A stretch of 64,000 bases of DNA. Origin: an uncultured delta proteobacterium (GTDB lineage: Bacteria; Desulfobacterota; Zymogenia; Zymogenales; Zymogenaceae). Below the pieces are notes generated by a model that did no database searches, was not told where the DNA came from, and was given only the letters and a program-made list of their open reading frames with translations. Both the position numbers and the translations under genes were made by a program. Where the stretch lies: positions 64,001 to 128,000 of the forward strand of contig CAVTLK010000001.1 of NCBI GenBank assembly GCA_963735595.1. Direction: 5' to 3'. Shown here piece after piece: positions 1-9,806 of this stretch (within the stretch, counting starts at the first letter, position 1; the number at the start of each line of letters is the position of its first letter).

Positions 1-802
<802 letters not shown>

Positions 803-827
803 TTGTATGGGGGGCGCTTTAAACCGG

Positions 828-856
828 TTGATAATTTTTCAAATTACAGGTACAAT
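828..856 (+). promoter_or_regulatory. sigma70-type promoter of tRNA-Ser
   Basis: TTGATA-17 nt-TACAAT just upstream of the tRNA. Confidence 0.7.
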
Positions 857-873
857 ACATACAGAGCGTTCAT

Positions 874-959
874 GGAGGGATGGCCGAGTGGCTTAAGGCG
901 GCGGTCTTGAAAACCGCAGAACGAAAGTTCCGTGGGTTCGAATCCTACTCCCTCCGCCA
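874..959 (+). tRNA. tRNA-Ser(TGA)
   Basis: GGAGGGA acceptor stem, anticodon arm GCGGT-CTTGAAA-ACCGC, long variable arm, GGTTCGAATCC T arm, 3' CCA. Confidence 0.97.
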
Positions 960-1121
960 GTACGAGAAAATAGCGGTATACAAGTCGCGGAGTAACACCG
1001 CTTCGGCGGCGGCAGGGTTTTTTGGATATCGGCCACCCCTTTTTATTAGATAGGGCGATAACCCGTCATTGGCGCGGATTACAGGCTGGTCGGTATCGGA
1101 TAACGTAACGTAAATATATGC

Positions 1122-1216
1122 GGAGAGATGGCCGAGCACGGCTGAAGGCGCTCGCCTGCTAAGCGAGTGTAGGGGCTAAACTCCTACCGAGGGTTCGAAT
1201 CCCTCTCTCTCCGCCA
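1122..1216 (+). tRNA. tRNA-Ser(GCT)
   Basis: GGAGAGA acceptor stem, anticodon arm CTCGC-CTGCTAA-GCGAG, long variable arm, T arm, 3' CCA. Confidence 0.97.
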
Positions 1217-1243
1217 CTTTATTTCTCCCACTGTGATCAACAG

Positions 1244-2546
1244 ATGATACGAAAACTTTCGCACGTCCTGGCATTATTCCTGGTGCTGGCCGCTGTTGCG
1301 TCCTGCGGGCGGTCGGTCTCGCCGGGGGCCCTCAAGCACGCGGCCGAGGGCCAGCGGCTTTTCGAGCTCATGCAGTACGAGGACGCCGTCAAGGAATACA
1401 ACGAGGCCATCAAGATCCAGCCCTCCTTCGCAGCCGCGTACCTGGGAATCGGGAGATGCCTGGCGGAGACCGGGAGATTCGACGAGGCGCTTAAGCAGTA
1501 TAAGACGGCGATGGATCTGGACCCCAAGAACGAGACCATCATGTACGAGATCGCCCGGGCCTACATCGAGAAGGATCTCGATGAAGAAGGGCTGTTGATG
1601 CTGGATAGGGCAAAGGGGCGCGACGCCGACAACCCGAAGTATTTTCTCTACCGCGGAATATATTACTACAAGAATTTACAGTTCGCGCCGGCCATAGACG
1701 AATTCCTGAAGGCGGCCGATGAAGATTCAAAATCCCCCGAACCGTATATCCAGTTGAGTCTCCTGTATAGTAACGCCAGCAACCCCTCATATAGAGACGG
1801 TGAAAAGGCCGTCGGGTATGCGGAAAAGGCCGTCGACCTTGCCCCGGATTCGCTCAAGGCCCTCGATACGCTGGCGAACGCGTATTTCTCCGCGGGGAAA
1901 TACGACGCCGCCGAGGAGACGATCAGGCGTGCGATGGAGAAATCCCCGGGCAATTCCGTGCTCACGGAAAGCCTCATGCGTTTCCAGAACACCGTCAAGG
2001 GGTCGGCCGACGAACATAACCTCAAGGGGGCGGAGCTTCTGGAAGCGGGCGACTACGGCGCCGCGGCCGAGGAATTCAAAATGGCCGTCGAGATTGATCC
2101 CAACGTTCGCGGACGGCTACTACAACCTCGGCAAGGTCTATTCGCAGATTAAAGATTATGAGCAGGCGCTGGCCTCATACAAGAAGGCGATCGAGCTGGA
2201 CCCAGAAAACGCGCGGTACCACTATAACCTCGCGATAGTTTACGGGCTAAAGGGGTTGACTAAAGAGAGCGAGCAGGAATACCTTTTGGCGATATCGCTC
2301 GATCCATACTACGACAAGGCCCATAACAACCTCGGCGCGCTGTACGTTAAAATGGATAAGCTGAACGAAGCCTTGATTGAGTTCGATAAGGCCTTTGAGA
2401 TTAATCCGAGAAGCGATTATAAGAATAATAGCGACATGGTACGGGCCATGATGGAAGAGCGGGGCCTCGCCCCGAAGAATACGCCGCCCAGACAAGGGGA
2501 AGAGCCAGTATTAAGCATCGTCGTAATCGAGGTTGTCCATGAATGA
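1244..2546 (+). CDS. TPR-repeat lipoprotein, frameshift near 2105
   Basis: signal peptide ending VASC; repeated A..Y..AI.LDP TPR motifs in ORFs 1244..2152 and 1800..2546. Confidence 0.85.
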
Positions 2547-3523
2547 TTTAGAAGGTAAGGTTCCACAGATCGAGGGTAACTTCACCGCGCTCTCTCTGGT
2601 AAGCCTGATACAGGGTATCTCGGCAAACAAGCGGATGCTGATCACGCTGTTCTCCATCGACGGAAGCGAGGGCAGGCTCTATTTCGAGAATTCCCGCATC
2701 GTGGGCGCCTTTGTTGGGGAAGATTTAACCGGTAAGAAGGCGTTCTTCAGGATGATCGAATGGGAAGACGCCCGTTTCCAGGCGTATGATATTACCGATA
2801 TAGACCAGTCCAGGTTCAATATCGATCTGGAGGTCTCTCACCTGCTGCTGGAAGGTCTCCGGCAGAAGGACGAAAAGGCAAAGATTAAGAAACGGATCCT
2901 GCCGATCTACAAGATAACGAAGGCCGAGGGGAGCTTCGAGTTAGGCGACAAAGAGCAGGAGCTGTTTTCGATCATCCCCGCCAGACGGCATCTTCGTCAA
3001 TACGCTGGTGAACATGACCTCGATGACCGACTGGGAGGCATATACGAACCTGTCGTCGCTGATGATCAAGCGGGCGATCATCTTTGTCAAGATCAAGACG
3101 CTGGTTATCGACGACAGCGAGTTCATGACCAAGATCGTGCGGGATATCCTCGAGAACCTCTATAAGGACGTCCTGGTCATCAAGACGTTGAAGACGGGAG
3201 GCGAAGCTATCAAGCTGATCGCTTCTCCCGAGTCAAAGGTCCGCCCCGACCTGATCTTTACCGACATCGTAATGGAGGGGACCAGCGGGATGGAGGTCAT
3301 CAAGGCGGCGAGGGCCCAGAGCCCCCCGATCCTGACCATCGCCGTAACCTCGCTCCAGCGGGAGATGAAAGAGATCCTCGACGCCGGCGCAAACTACCTC
3401 CACAAGAACTGGATCACGCGCGACAACATCGGCGATATCATGAGCGACCTCGTGGAGCGCACGATCTGCGGAGAAGTCGGCGTCATCGGCGGCGAGACCT
3501 ACATCAAGCCCGCGGTATCCTGA
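2539..3523 (+). CDS. DUF4388 + response-regulator receiver domain protein, frameshift near 2980
   Basis: N-terminal EGNFTALSLVSLIQ...GRLYF...LLLEGLRQKDE (DUF4388-like); C-terminal LVIDDS...PDLIFTDIVM (REC). Confidence 0.8.
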
Positions 3524-3555
3524 GCGTCCGCCCGGCCGGCAAACCTCACGGTAAT

Positions 3556-3606
3556 AGACCCCGGTGAAAGCCCCGGTAAAAAGCCCCGGAAAAGCCCCGG
3601 TAAAAG
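3556..3606 (+). repeat. short tandem repeat, four copies of about (A)AAGCCCCGG(T)
   Basis: GACCCCGGTGAAAGCCCCGGTAAAAAGCCCCGGAAAAGCCCCGGTAAAAG. Confidence 0.8.
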
Positions 3607-4143
3607 TCATTCATACCAACACACCCAACAGACACAACCTCACGAAGACGAGGGAGCTTGCCGAGGTGGCGGTTATCTCCGCCCTCTACGTGGCGCTGAC
3701 CTACCTGGTCGCGCCGGTCGCATACGGGCCGATCCAGTTTCGCGTCAGCGAGGCGCTGGTAATCCTGGTGGCGGCGCGCCGGCACCTGCTCTGGTTCGTT
3801 CCCGTGGGCTGCGTCGTCGCCAATCTTCTCTCGCCCTACGCGGGCGTGTGGGACCTCGCGTTCATGCCGGCCATGAGCACCGTGGGGGCGCTCCCCCTCT
3901 TTTTCATGGGGCGGCGGTTCGTGCTGGCGGACGGGCTGGTTTTACGGGTCGGTGACGGGGCTCTCGGTGGCGCTGATGATCTCGGTCATCGAGGGGGGCG
4001 GGTTTGCGGTCCTTGCCGTCTCGGTCACGGCAAGCCAGCTGATCATCATGACGATCGGGTGGCTCCTGCTCTCCGGCTACCTGCTGGTGTTTAAGTCCGG
4101 AGGAAAGGGGAACGGCGGTGAGGCGCGCGGGACGGACGGATGA
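3564..4143 (+). CDS. queT: QueT-family transporter S-component, frameshift near 3930
   Basis: AVISALYVALT...YGPIQFRVSEAL motif; hydrophobic continuation in ORF 3952..4143. Confidence 0.8.
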
Positions 4144-4194
4144 TGGCGGAGGGACGCCCGGCGTGTCGGTACCGGGAGGCCGGGACAGGCCGCG

Positions 4195-5104
4195 TCAGGC
4201 CGATTCGGCGATACCGCGGATGATCGAGAGTATCTCGAGGTACTTGTTCCTGGTCCCCTCGACGATATCGGGCGGCAGGGCAGGGGCCGGCGGCCGCTTG
4301 TCCCAATCGGTGGTCTCCAGCCAGTCCCGGACGAACTGCTTGTCGTAGCTTGCGGGGGACTCTCCCAGGCGGTAGGACTCCACCGGCCAGAAGCGGGACG
4401 AATCGGGCGTCAGCGCCTCGTCGATCAGGATGACCCGTCCGTCGTAAATCCCAAACTCGAACTTGGTGTCGGCAAGGATCACCCCGCGCTCGCGGCAGGC
4501 GGTCGTGGGCGAAGCGGTAGATCGAAAGCGACAGCTCTCCGACGGTGCGGACGACCTCGCGCCCAGGAGGCCTTCGGCGTCCGTCACGGAGATGTTTTCG
4601 TCGTGGCCCACGTCTGCCTTGGTGGAGGGGGTGAAGATCGGCTCCGGCAGCTGCTCGGCAAGCCTGAGGCCCGCCGGGAGCGCTATGGCCGGAGATCATC
4701 CCGGTCTTCTGATAGTCCTTGTAGCCGGAGCCCGCCAGGTACCCGCGGACGATGCACTCGAGGTCGACGCGCTGTGCCTTCCTGACGAGCACCGATCTGC
4801 CGGAAAGCTCGGGCCTGCCCGTGAAGGGGGCGGGGAATTTGGCGGCGTCGGTCTCGATGATATGGTTTTCGACGAACGTCAGCAGCGAAAACCAGATGTT
4901 GGATATCTCGGTGAGTATCTGCCCCTTGCCGGGGATGCCGTCGGTAAAGACCACGTCGAACGCCGAGAGGCGGTCCGTGGCGACGATGATGAGGCTGTCG
5001 CCGAGGTCGAAGATCTCCCGGACCTTGCCGGAATAGTCGGGCCGCCTGCCGTCGACGGCGATTGAGGTGAGGGCGTGTGGGGTCTGTTCCACGTTTTCTT
5101 TCAT
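4195..5104 (-). CDS. purC: SAICAR synthetase, frameshifted
   Basis: YSGKVREIF, VATDRLSAFD, ECIVRGYLAGS, ILADTKFEFG, DEALTPDSSRFW, SYDKQFVRDWL. Confidence 0.95.
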
Positions 5105-5111
5105 GGGGGCG

Positions 5112-5140
5112 ATTGTAGCAGATCGGGGCGTGCCGGTCAA
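5112..5140 (-). promoter_or_regulatory. sigma70 promoter of purC
   Basis: minus strand TTGACC-17 nt-TACAAT with extended TG, ending 7 nt before the ATG. Confidence 0.7.
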
Positions 5141-5263
5141 CGTTTTTTGCCGGGCGCGTATCATTTCCGGGCAGGGGGAAAGGCGAACCGTTTGACCGCC
5201 CGGCGCATCATATAGAATAGAGAAGGCCGCAACGGTGCGGCAGGACAGATTGCCGAACGGCGG

Positions 5264-5290
5264 CAAGCCCCGAATAAGGGGCTTTTTATT
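5264..5290 (+). terminator. intrinsic terminator-like hairpin
   Basis: AAGCCCC-GAATAA-GGGGCTT followed by a T-rich tract. Confidence 0.55.
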
Positions 5291-5296
5291 TTAAAG

Positions 5297-5495
5297 AGTG
5301 TCGCCTTCGGCGACGTTTATTATCGTCATTGCGAGGAGGCCGTCAGGCCGACGCGGCAATCTGCAGCAATGTCGCCCCCGGCGACGTTTATTATCGTCAT
5401 TGCGAGGGGCCGAGGCGCCGCGGCAATCCCCTGTCTGTCACGATCAACCCCTTCCCCGTCATTGCGAGGAGGCCGTCAGGCCGACGCGGCAATCT
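5297..5495 (+). repeat. cluster of three REP/RPE-like palindromic elements CGTCATTGCGAG...GCAATC
   Basis: copies at 5324-5362, 5395-5428 and 5457-5495 (first and third identical over 39 bp); the first two are preceded by a TGTCGCC..CGGCGAC hairpin. Confidence 0.9.
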
Positions 5496-5683
5496 CGGAC
5501 GCGACTTAGTCTCGCGGGCCCATTGAGTATGTATGCGGTAAGCATCTCGCACAGGACTGATGAACATGGGGCAGGTTCATTCTTCCTGTAAATTATTCAT
5601 AGAATTTACTATACCTATGTCCCACTGTATTATAATCATGCATAATTGACAGGAAATTATAGTACATTATATGCCTTTTTTGC

Positions 5684-5712
5684 TTGACACGTCCCCCATT
5701 TTATGGCATAAT
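5684..5712 (+). promoter_or_regulatory. sigma70 promoter
   Basis: TTGACA-17 nt-CATAAT upstream of the lytic transglycosylase gene. Confidence 0.6.
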
Positions 5713-5790
5713 TATTACTAACAAATCAAGAAACCCACAAGACCAACAATCCCACTGATAAAAATCTGTTGTCTATTTAAGAGGTGCTGT

Positions 5791-6495
5791 GTGAAGCTCA
5801 ATGTAAATTGGACTATGTTTGAGGACCGTGCGCAAAAGATGAGAATGAAACAGAGGCACAAGTGCCCGAAGCTCGTGACCTGGTCGCTGGTCTGCCTGAC
5901 GGTCGTCGCGATCACCGGCGCGGCGCTGGTATCCCGCGTGGTGGTCGGGCCGGAATCGGTCGACCGCCTGGTGCGGACGGCCTGGCTTTCGGACGAGACG
6001 GCAGCCTGTCGGAAAGGATCAATTCTTCGATCTACGACTATATCCACTCGTTCAATACGGGGCTTTCGGACTCCGAGGAGCGCGAGCTTGCAACGCTGAT
6101 CTATTTCGAATCGATGAAATACGGATACGACCCGGAGTTTATCCTGGCCATTATCCAGACCGAGAGCGCGTTCAACCCGGAGGCCGTCTCCAACGTGGGG
6201 GCGTACGGGCTGATGCAGCTGATGCCTTCCACCGCACGCGAGATCGCCCACGAGGTGAAGATCCCCTTCGAGGGCAAAAGCACGCTGAGCCAGCCGGACC
6301 TGAACGTCCGCATGGGGACGTATTATCTGTTTAAGATGATGCTCCAGTTCAAGGACGTGCGGCTGGCGCTGGTGGCCTATAACTGCGGGCCGGGGTTCGT
6401 GGAGGAGATGGTCAGAGAGGGGCAACAAGCTGCCCGAGGAGTATGTGGATAGGGTCATGGGGAATTACGAGAAGATCAAGACGATGGGGATGTAG
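5791..6495 (+). CDS. SLT-domain lytic transglycosylase with N-terminal membrane anchor, frameshifts near 6010 and 6420
   Basis: AIIQTESAFNPEAVSNVGAYGLMQLMPSTA and ALVAYNCGPG motifs. Confidence 0.9.
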
Positions 6496-6524
6496 ATTCG
6501 TCCAACGCATATAACGCGCGCACG

Positions 6525-6551
6525 AAAAACCCGCCGAAAGGCGGGTTTTTT
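6525..6551 (+). terminator. intrinsic (bidirectional) terminator
   Basis: AAAAACCCGCC-GAAA-GGCGGGTTTTTT. Confidence 0.9.
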
Positions 6552-6594
6552 ATATTTTTCTCTAAAACGAAGTACTAAATATGTGATTTTTATT

Positions 6595-6623
6595 TTGACA
6601 GAACTTGTACAATAGTTTAAAAT
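6595..6623 (+). promoter_or_regulatory. sigma70 promoter of the islet operon
   Basis: TTGACA-17 nt-TAAAAT. Confidence 0.7.
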
Positions 6624-6656
6624 TAATAAAAAGTAGTTTAATTATAGGAATGAAAT

Positions 6657-6880
6657 ATGAGTGAAGATAAACTTGATATTATCATTGCGCAAGGCTAAAA
6701 ATGCTCACTAAAATTGTGGCACTTAGTATGATGAAAGATAGTCTGGGTAAGCTAGATAAGACTAAAGATAGAATAAAACTCGTGATGGATTTGGGATTTA
6801 CGGACAAAGAAGATATCGCTAATTTAGTAGGTTCAAATCCTGAGTCTGTAAGAAAAGCCATTGAAAGAATGAAAAGTTAA
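6657..6880 (+). CDS. small HTH protein (cassette 1, gene A), frameshift near 6693; not in ORF track
   Basis: MSEDKLDIIIAQ then KMLTKIVALSMMKD...RIKLVMDLGFTDKEDIANLVGSNPESVRKAIERMKS*. Confidence 0.7.
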
Positions 6881-6896
6881 CGTAGAGGTGTTCCGA

Positions 6897-7145
6897 ATGA
6901 CAAAAGAGAGTAATAAAGAACTATTAGGACAAATGCTAATACTTAATAGGTTGGTAGCGTTGTTAATATTTTCGATAGAGAAAAAGAATAGCCAAGTGGA
7001 GAGAATTGAATTGTTGAAAACGACAGGTTTCAGACCGGCAGAAATTGCACAGCTAATAGCGAAGCCAGTGAATTTCGTAACAGCAAATATCAGCAAGATA
7101 AAGAGTAAGGATAGTAAAGAAAAAGAAGTAGTAAAAAGTAAATAG
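6897..7145 (+). CDS. small HTH protein (cassette 1, gene B)
   Basis: SD GAGGTG; ERIELLKTTGFRPAEIAQLIAKPVNFVTANIS HTH-like motif. Confidence 0.75.
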   Translation: MTKESNKELLGQMLILNRLVALLIFSIEKKNSQVERIELLKTTGFRPAEIAQLIAKPVNFVTANISKIKSKDSKEKEVVKSK

Positions 7146-7171
7146 TAGATTATTGAAGATAAACCTGGAAA

Positions 7172-7756
7172 ATGATAAATAGGAAGGTTAGAGAAGAATT
7201 GTTGAGGAAGTTCGGTTATAAAAAACCTCAACCTCTTTATAAGAAAATTAGCGATATAGTAGAAGCATTCCCATTAACGCCGGAACAGGCCGCGTATTTA
7301 TTGGCTCAATATAGGGGTATAGTGTTATCAAAATACTTAGGGAGTACCGAACTCGCTGAAATACAAACCCTCTTCGGTCGCTATGATTTGTCCCGGTACG
7401 CCCTCGGCCGTAAAAGGCCGACTAAGCAAGAAGTTGCGACTGCAGAGAAAACTAGAGTTCAATTGAGTATAACAAGAAGTCAGAAAAAGAGTAACGTTGG
7501 CGGGAAAAGGAAGAGAGCGGTAAAATACGGCTTTTCGTATAGGAATTTATTAGTTACGTCCGCATTGTTTCTTATAGTTCTTTTGTGCACCCTTTTCTTC
7601 ATAAAACGGTACGGAGAAGGTGAGAATTATCTTCAAAAAATAGCTAATACCTCAGATATTCTACTCTTCGAGTTCATAGCGTATTCATTTATTGCGTCAG
7701 CATCCGGACTTTTCGACAGGATAAGGGGTTATCTAAAGGACAAGTTGAGTATATAA
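7172..7756 (+). CDS. hypothetical protein: shared N-terminal domain, basic linker, two TM helices (cassette 1, gene C)
   Basis: 194 aa ORF; N-terminus aligns by eye with 8162..8971; hydrophobic LLVTSALFLIVLLCTLFFI and ILLFEFIAYSFIASASGLF. Confidence 0.75.
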   Translation: MINRKVREELLRKFGYKKPQPLYKKISDIVEAFPLTPEQAAYLLAQYRGIVLSKYLGSTELAEIQTLFGRYDLSRYALGRKRPTKQEVATAEKTRVQLSITRSQKKSNVGGKRKRAVKYGFSYRNLLVTSALFLIVLLCTLFFIKRYGEGENYLQKIANTSDILLFEFIAYSFIASASGLFDRIRGYLKDKLSI

Positions 7757-7767
7757 CTAGCTACTAA

Positions 7768-7878
7768 ACATTCTATATATTAAAACACGTAGGTTTCCAG
7801 AATGAAGAGATAGCCTCGTTGTTTGGGGCTAACGAAGAAACCGTAAGGTCAATACTAAGCCGGTACAAAAGAAGATAA
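7768..7878 (+). pseudogene. 5'-truncated small HTH gene (cassette 2, gene A)
   Basis: frame reads TFYILKHVGFQNEEIASLFGANEETVRSILSRYKRR* with no start codon after the in-frame TAA at 7765. Confidence 0.65.
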
Positions 7879-7890
7879 AGGAGTTGATCG

Positions 7891-8121
7891 ATGGACAATG
7901 ATAGCGGTAAGGAGCTTAGAAACGACAACTACAGCGAGCTTGTCGATGAGGTAAGAAAGATAAAAAGCCTTTTAGCATTTGTACTTGCTAGTCAAGGTAC
8001 TGAATTGACCGAAGATAAGAGAATGAGAATCTTAGAATATGGCGGCTTTAGCCAATCACAGATTGCAGAACTAATCGGAGTAAATCAGAGCACCGTGAGC
8101 AGACATCTAAAAAAAGGATAA
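7891..8121 (+). CDS. small HTH protein (cassette 2, gene B)
   Basis: SD AAGGAG; RMRILEYGGFSQSQIAELIGVNQSTVSRHL HTH. Confidence 0.85.
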   Translation: MDNDSGKELRNDNYSELVDEVRKIKSLLAFVLASQGTELTEDKRMRILEYGGFSQSQIAELIGVNQSTVSRHLKKG

Positions 8122-8161
8122 ATGTTAGCAATAATGGGACAATTTAAATCGGTCTTTTGAA

Positions 8162-8971
8162 ATGAGATATACTGACCTAGTAGAAAAACTAATAAAAAAG
8201 TTAGGTAGTAGGGCAACGGTATATAGAAGAGCCGGTGAACTGGGAGAAGAGCTCTTTATACCGACGAAGGAGGCCATGTACTTGTTGGCCTTTAGCGAAA
8301 AAATCGGCCTGGAAGACTTATTGGATGGAGCCGAAAAGGATAGACTTAGGGTGATGTATTTCACTTATAAGGACAGAATTGGGGAACCTAGTACTTCGAA
8401 GGATACCGCTAAGACTCCAGAAACTCGGAAAAACAGACGCAAGTCAAAGGGGGAGGTTGTACTGAATATTGATGATTTGGGTAATATAGTGCCAAGGGTC
8501 CTATTACCAGAGCAGAAGTTTAAAGACGCCGTCGAAATGGCGAAGATGTACATTCTACTATATGTAGTAGAGAATTCTATAAGGGAAGTTATCGACCTAA
8601 GAATGCATAAGATATACGGCCCAAATTGGTGGGATTTGAAAGTACAAAAGAAGCGAAAAGACAAAGTTGACGAAAGGAAACAGGACGAGCATGCAAACCC
8701 GTGGTTTGGCCAAGAAAGAGGGGCTAGACAGATCGACTACCTTGACCTAAATGAACTTCCCGATATTATACATAATAATGAGAAGGATTTTATACCGGAC
8801 ATCTTCCCAACATATTCCTGGATAGATGAAAAGATTCATGACCTTTATAGATCAAGGTGCGTTGTCGCCCACATGAACCATCTTAAAAAGTATAATAGGG
8901 AAGACGTAAAGGGCATCCTAAGGAAGTTGGAAGCTCAAATAAAGGCAAAGAAGACTCTGATTATGCCCTAG
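8162..8971 (+). CDS. Swt1-like HEPN domain protein (cassette 2, gene C)
   Basis: YILLYVVENSIREVI...GPNWW...DYLDLNELPDII and RX4H motif RCVVAH near the C-terminus. Confidence 0.8.
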   Translation: MRYTDLVEKLIKKLGSRATVYRRAGELGEELFIPTKEAMYLLAFSEKIGLEDLLDGAEKDRLRVMYFTYKDRIGEPSTSKDTAKTPETRKNRRKSKGEVVLNIDDLGNIVPRVLLPEQKFKDAVEMAKMYILLYVVENSIREVIDLRMHKIYGPNWWDLKVQKKRKDKVDERKQDEHANPWFGQERGARQIDYLDLNELPDIIHNNEKDFIPDIFPTYSWIDEKIHDLYRSRCVVAHMNHLKKYNREDVKGILRKLEAQIKAKKTLIMP

Positions 8972-8991
8972 CTGAAGAAAACCTTCTCCCC

Positions 8992-9575
8992 CTACCGCTT
9001 CCTCAGCACAAACAGGCACGATTCCTGCCCCATGGCCTTGCACGTCTCCTCCACCACCTGCATCACCCCCTTGCCGTAGGTCCAGTCCGTCATGAACTGG
9101 AGCCCCCCGCCGTATTGCGAGCAGTAGGGCTTGGCGCTTTTTGCGCCGGTGCAGGTGAGGCAGTCGAACACGTCAAAGCGGGGCAGGCCGTCCTCCCCGA
9201 TCACCACCCGGCCCTTGTTGAGCACGGCCTGCGAAAATTCGAAGCACTTGACGATCTTTTCGCCCGCGGGCAGGTCCTTGATGGAATCCAGCGCGTGGTA
9301 CGTCATCACGCCGAACTCGACGTTCTTGTAGCCCATCTGCCGGAGGATCCCCTGTGCGCCCACCGCCCCCACGAGCGCGATCGTTTCCCGGTAGATGGCC
9401 GCCTGTTCGGAGAGCGTGAACCCCTTGTCGAAGGTCGGCTCCGGCGGGGAATCGATGACGCGGAGAGGCCCGCGGCCTTGAAGATTATCTTTCGGGCGTT
9501 TTCGCCCATGACCTCCCCGAGGCTGTCGTATGCCGCGCGGATAGCCATATTGGAAACGGTCTTTTCCTCGCTCAT
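8992..9575 (-). CDS. V4R domain protein, frameshift near 9470
   Basis: MSEEKTVSNMAIRAAYDSLGEVMGENARKIIF; C-terminal DCLTC...YCS...VEETCKAMGQESCLF. Confidence 0.8.
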
Positions 9576-9806
9576 GGCACACCTCCATTGGATTGAGGGT
9601 ATCGAGAAACGCACTCAGGAAGAACAGGGGGGATCGACCCGCGATAGGTGCACTATCGCGTCCGGCTCGTTCGGGCGAAGTATATCCGATACTATAATTA
9701 TACTACCGTATTATAAAAATGCCATCTTTTTACGGCGCGGGCGTCGGGGCGGGCCGGTGTGAAAACCGGGAGATCGGGGTAACTGCGGCAGGAAGCGGGG
9801 GAGGGG

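Larger units (their letters stand above)
6552..8975. other. AT-rich horizontally acquired islet
   Basis: abrupt shift to AT-rich composition and codon usage between two GC-rich genes; no integrase seen. Confidence 0.8.

Noticed and set aside
960..1121. ncRNA between the two tRNA-Ser genes
   Set aside because: Only short hairpins (CCGCTTCGGCGG) and a terminator-like tract; no family recognised
3524..3660. preQ1 riboswitch upstream of queT
   Set aside because: No recognisable preQ1-I stem-loop with A-rich tail; an Infernal search would be needed to exclude other classes
5297..5495. CRISPR array
   Set aside because: Only three copies, the middle one diverged, spacers unequal and partly repeated, dispersed copies near 11.1 kb, and no cas genes
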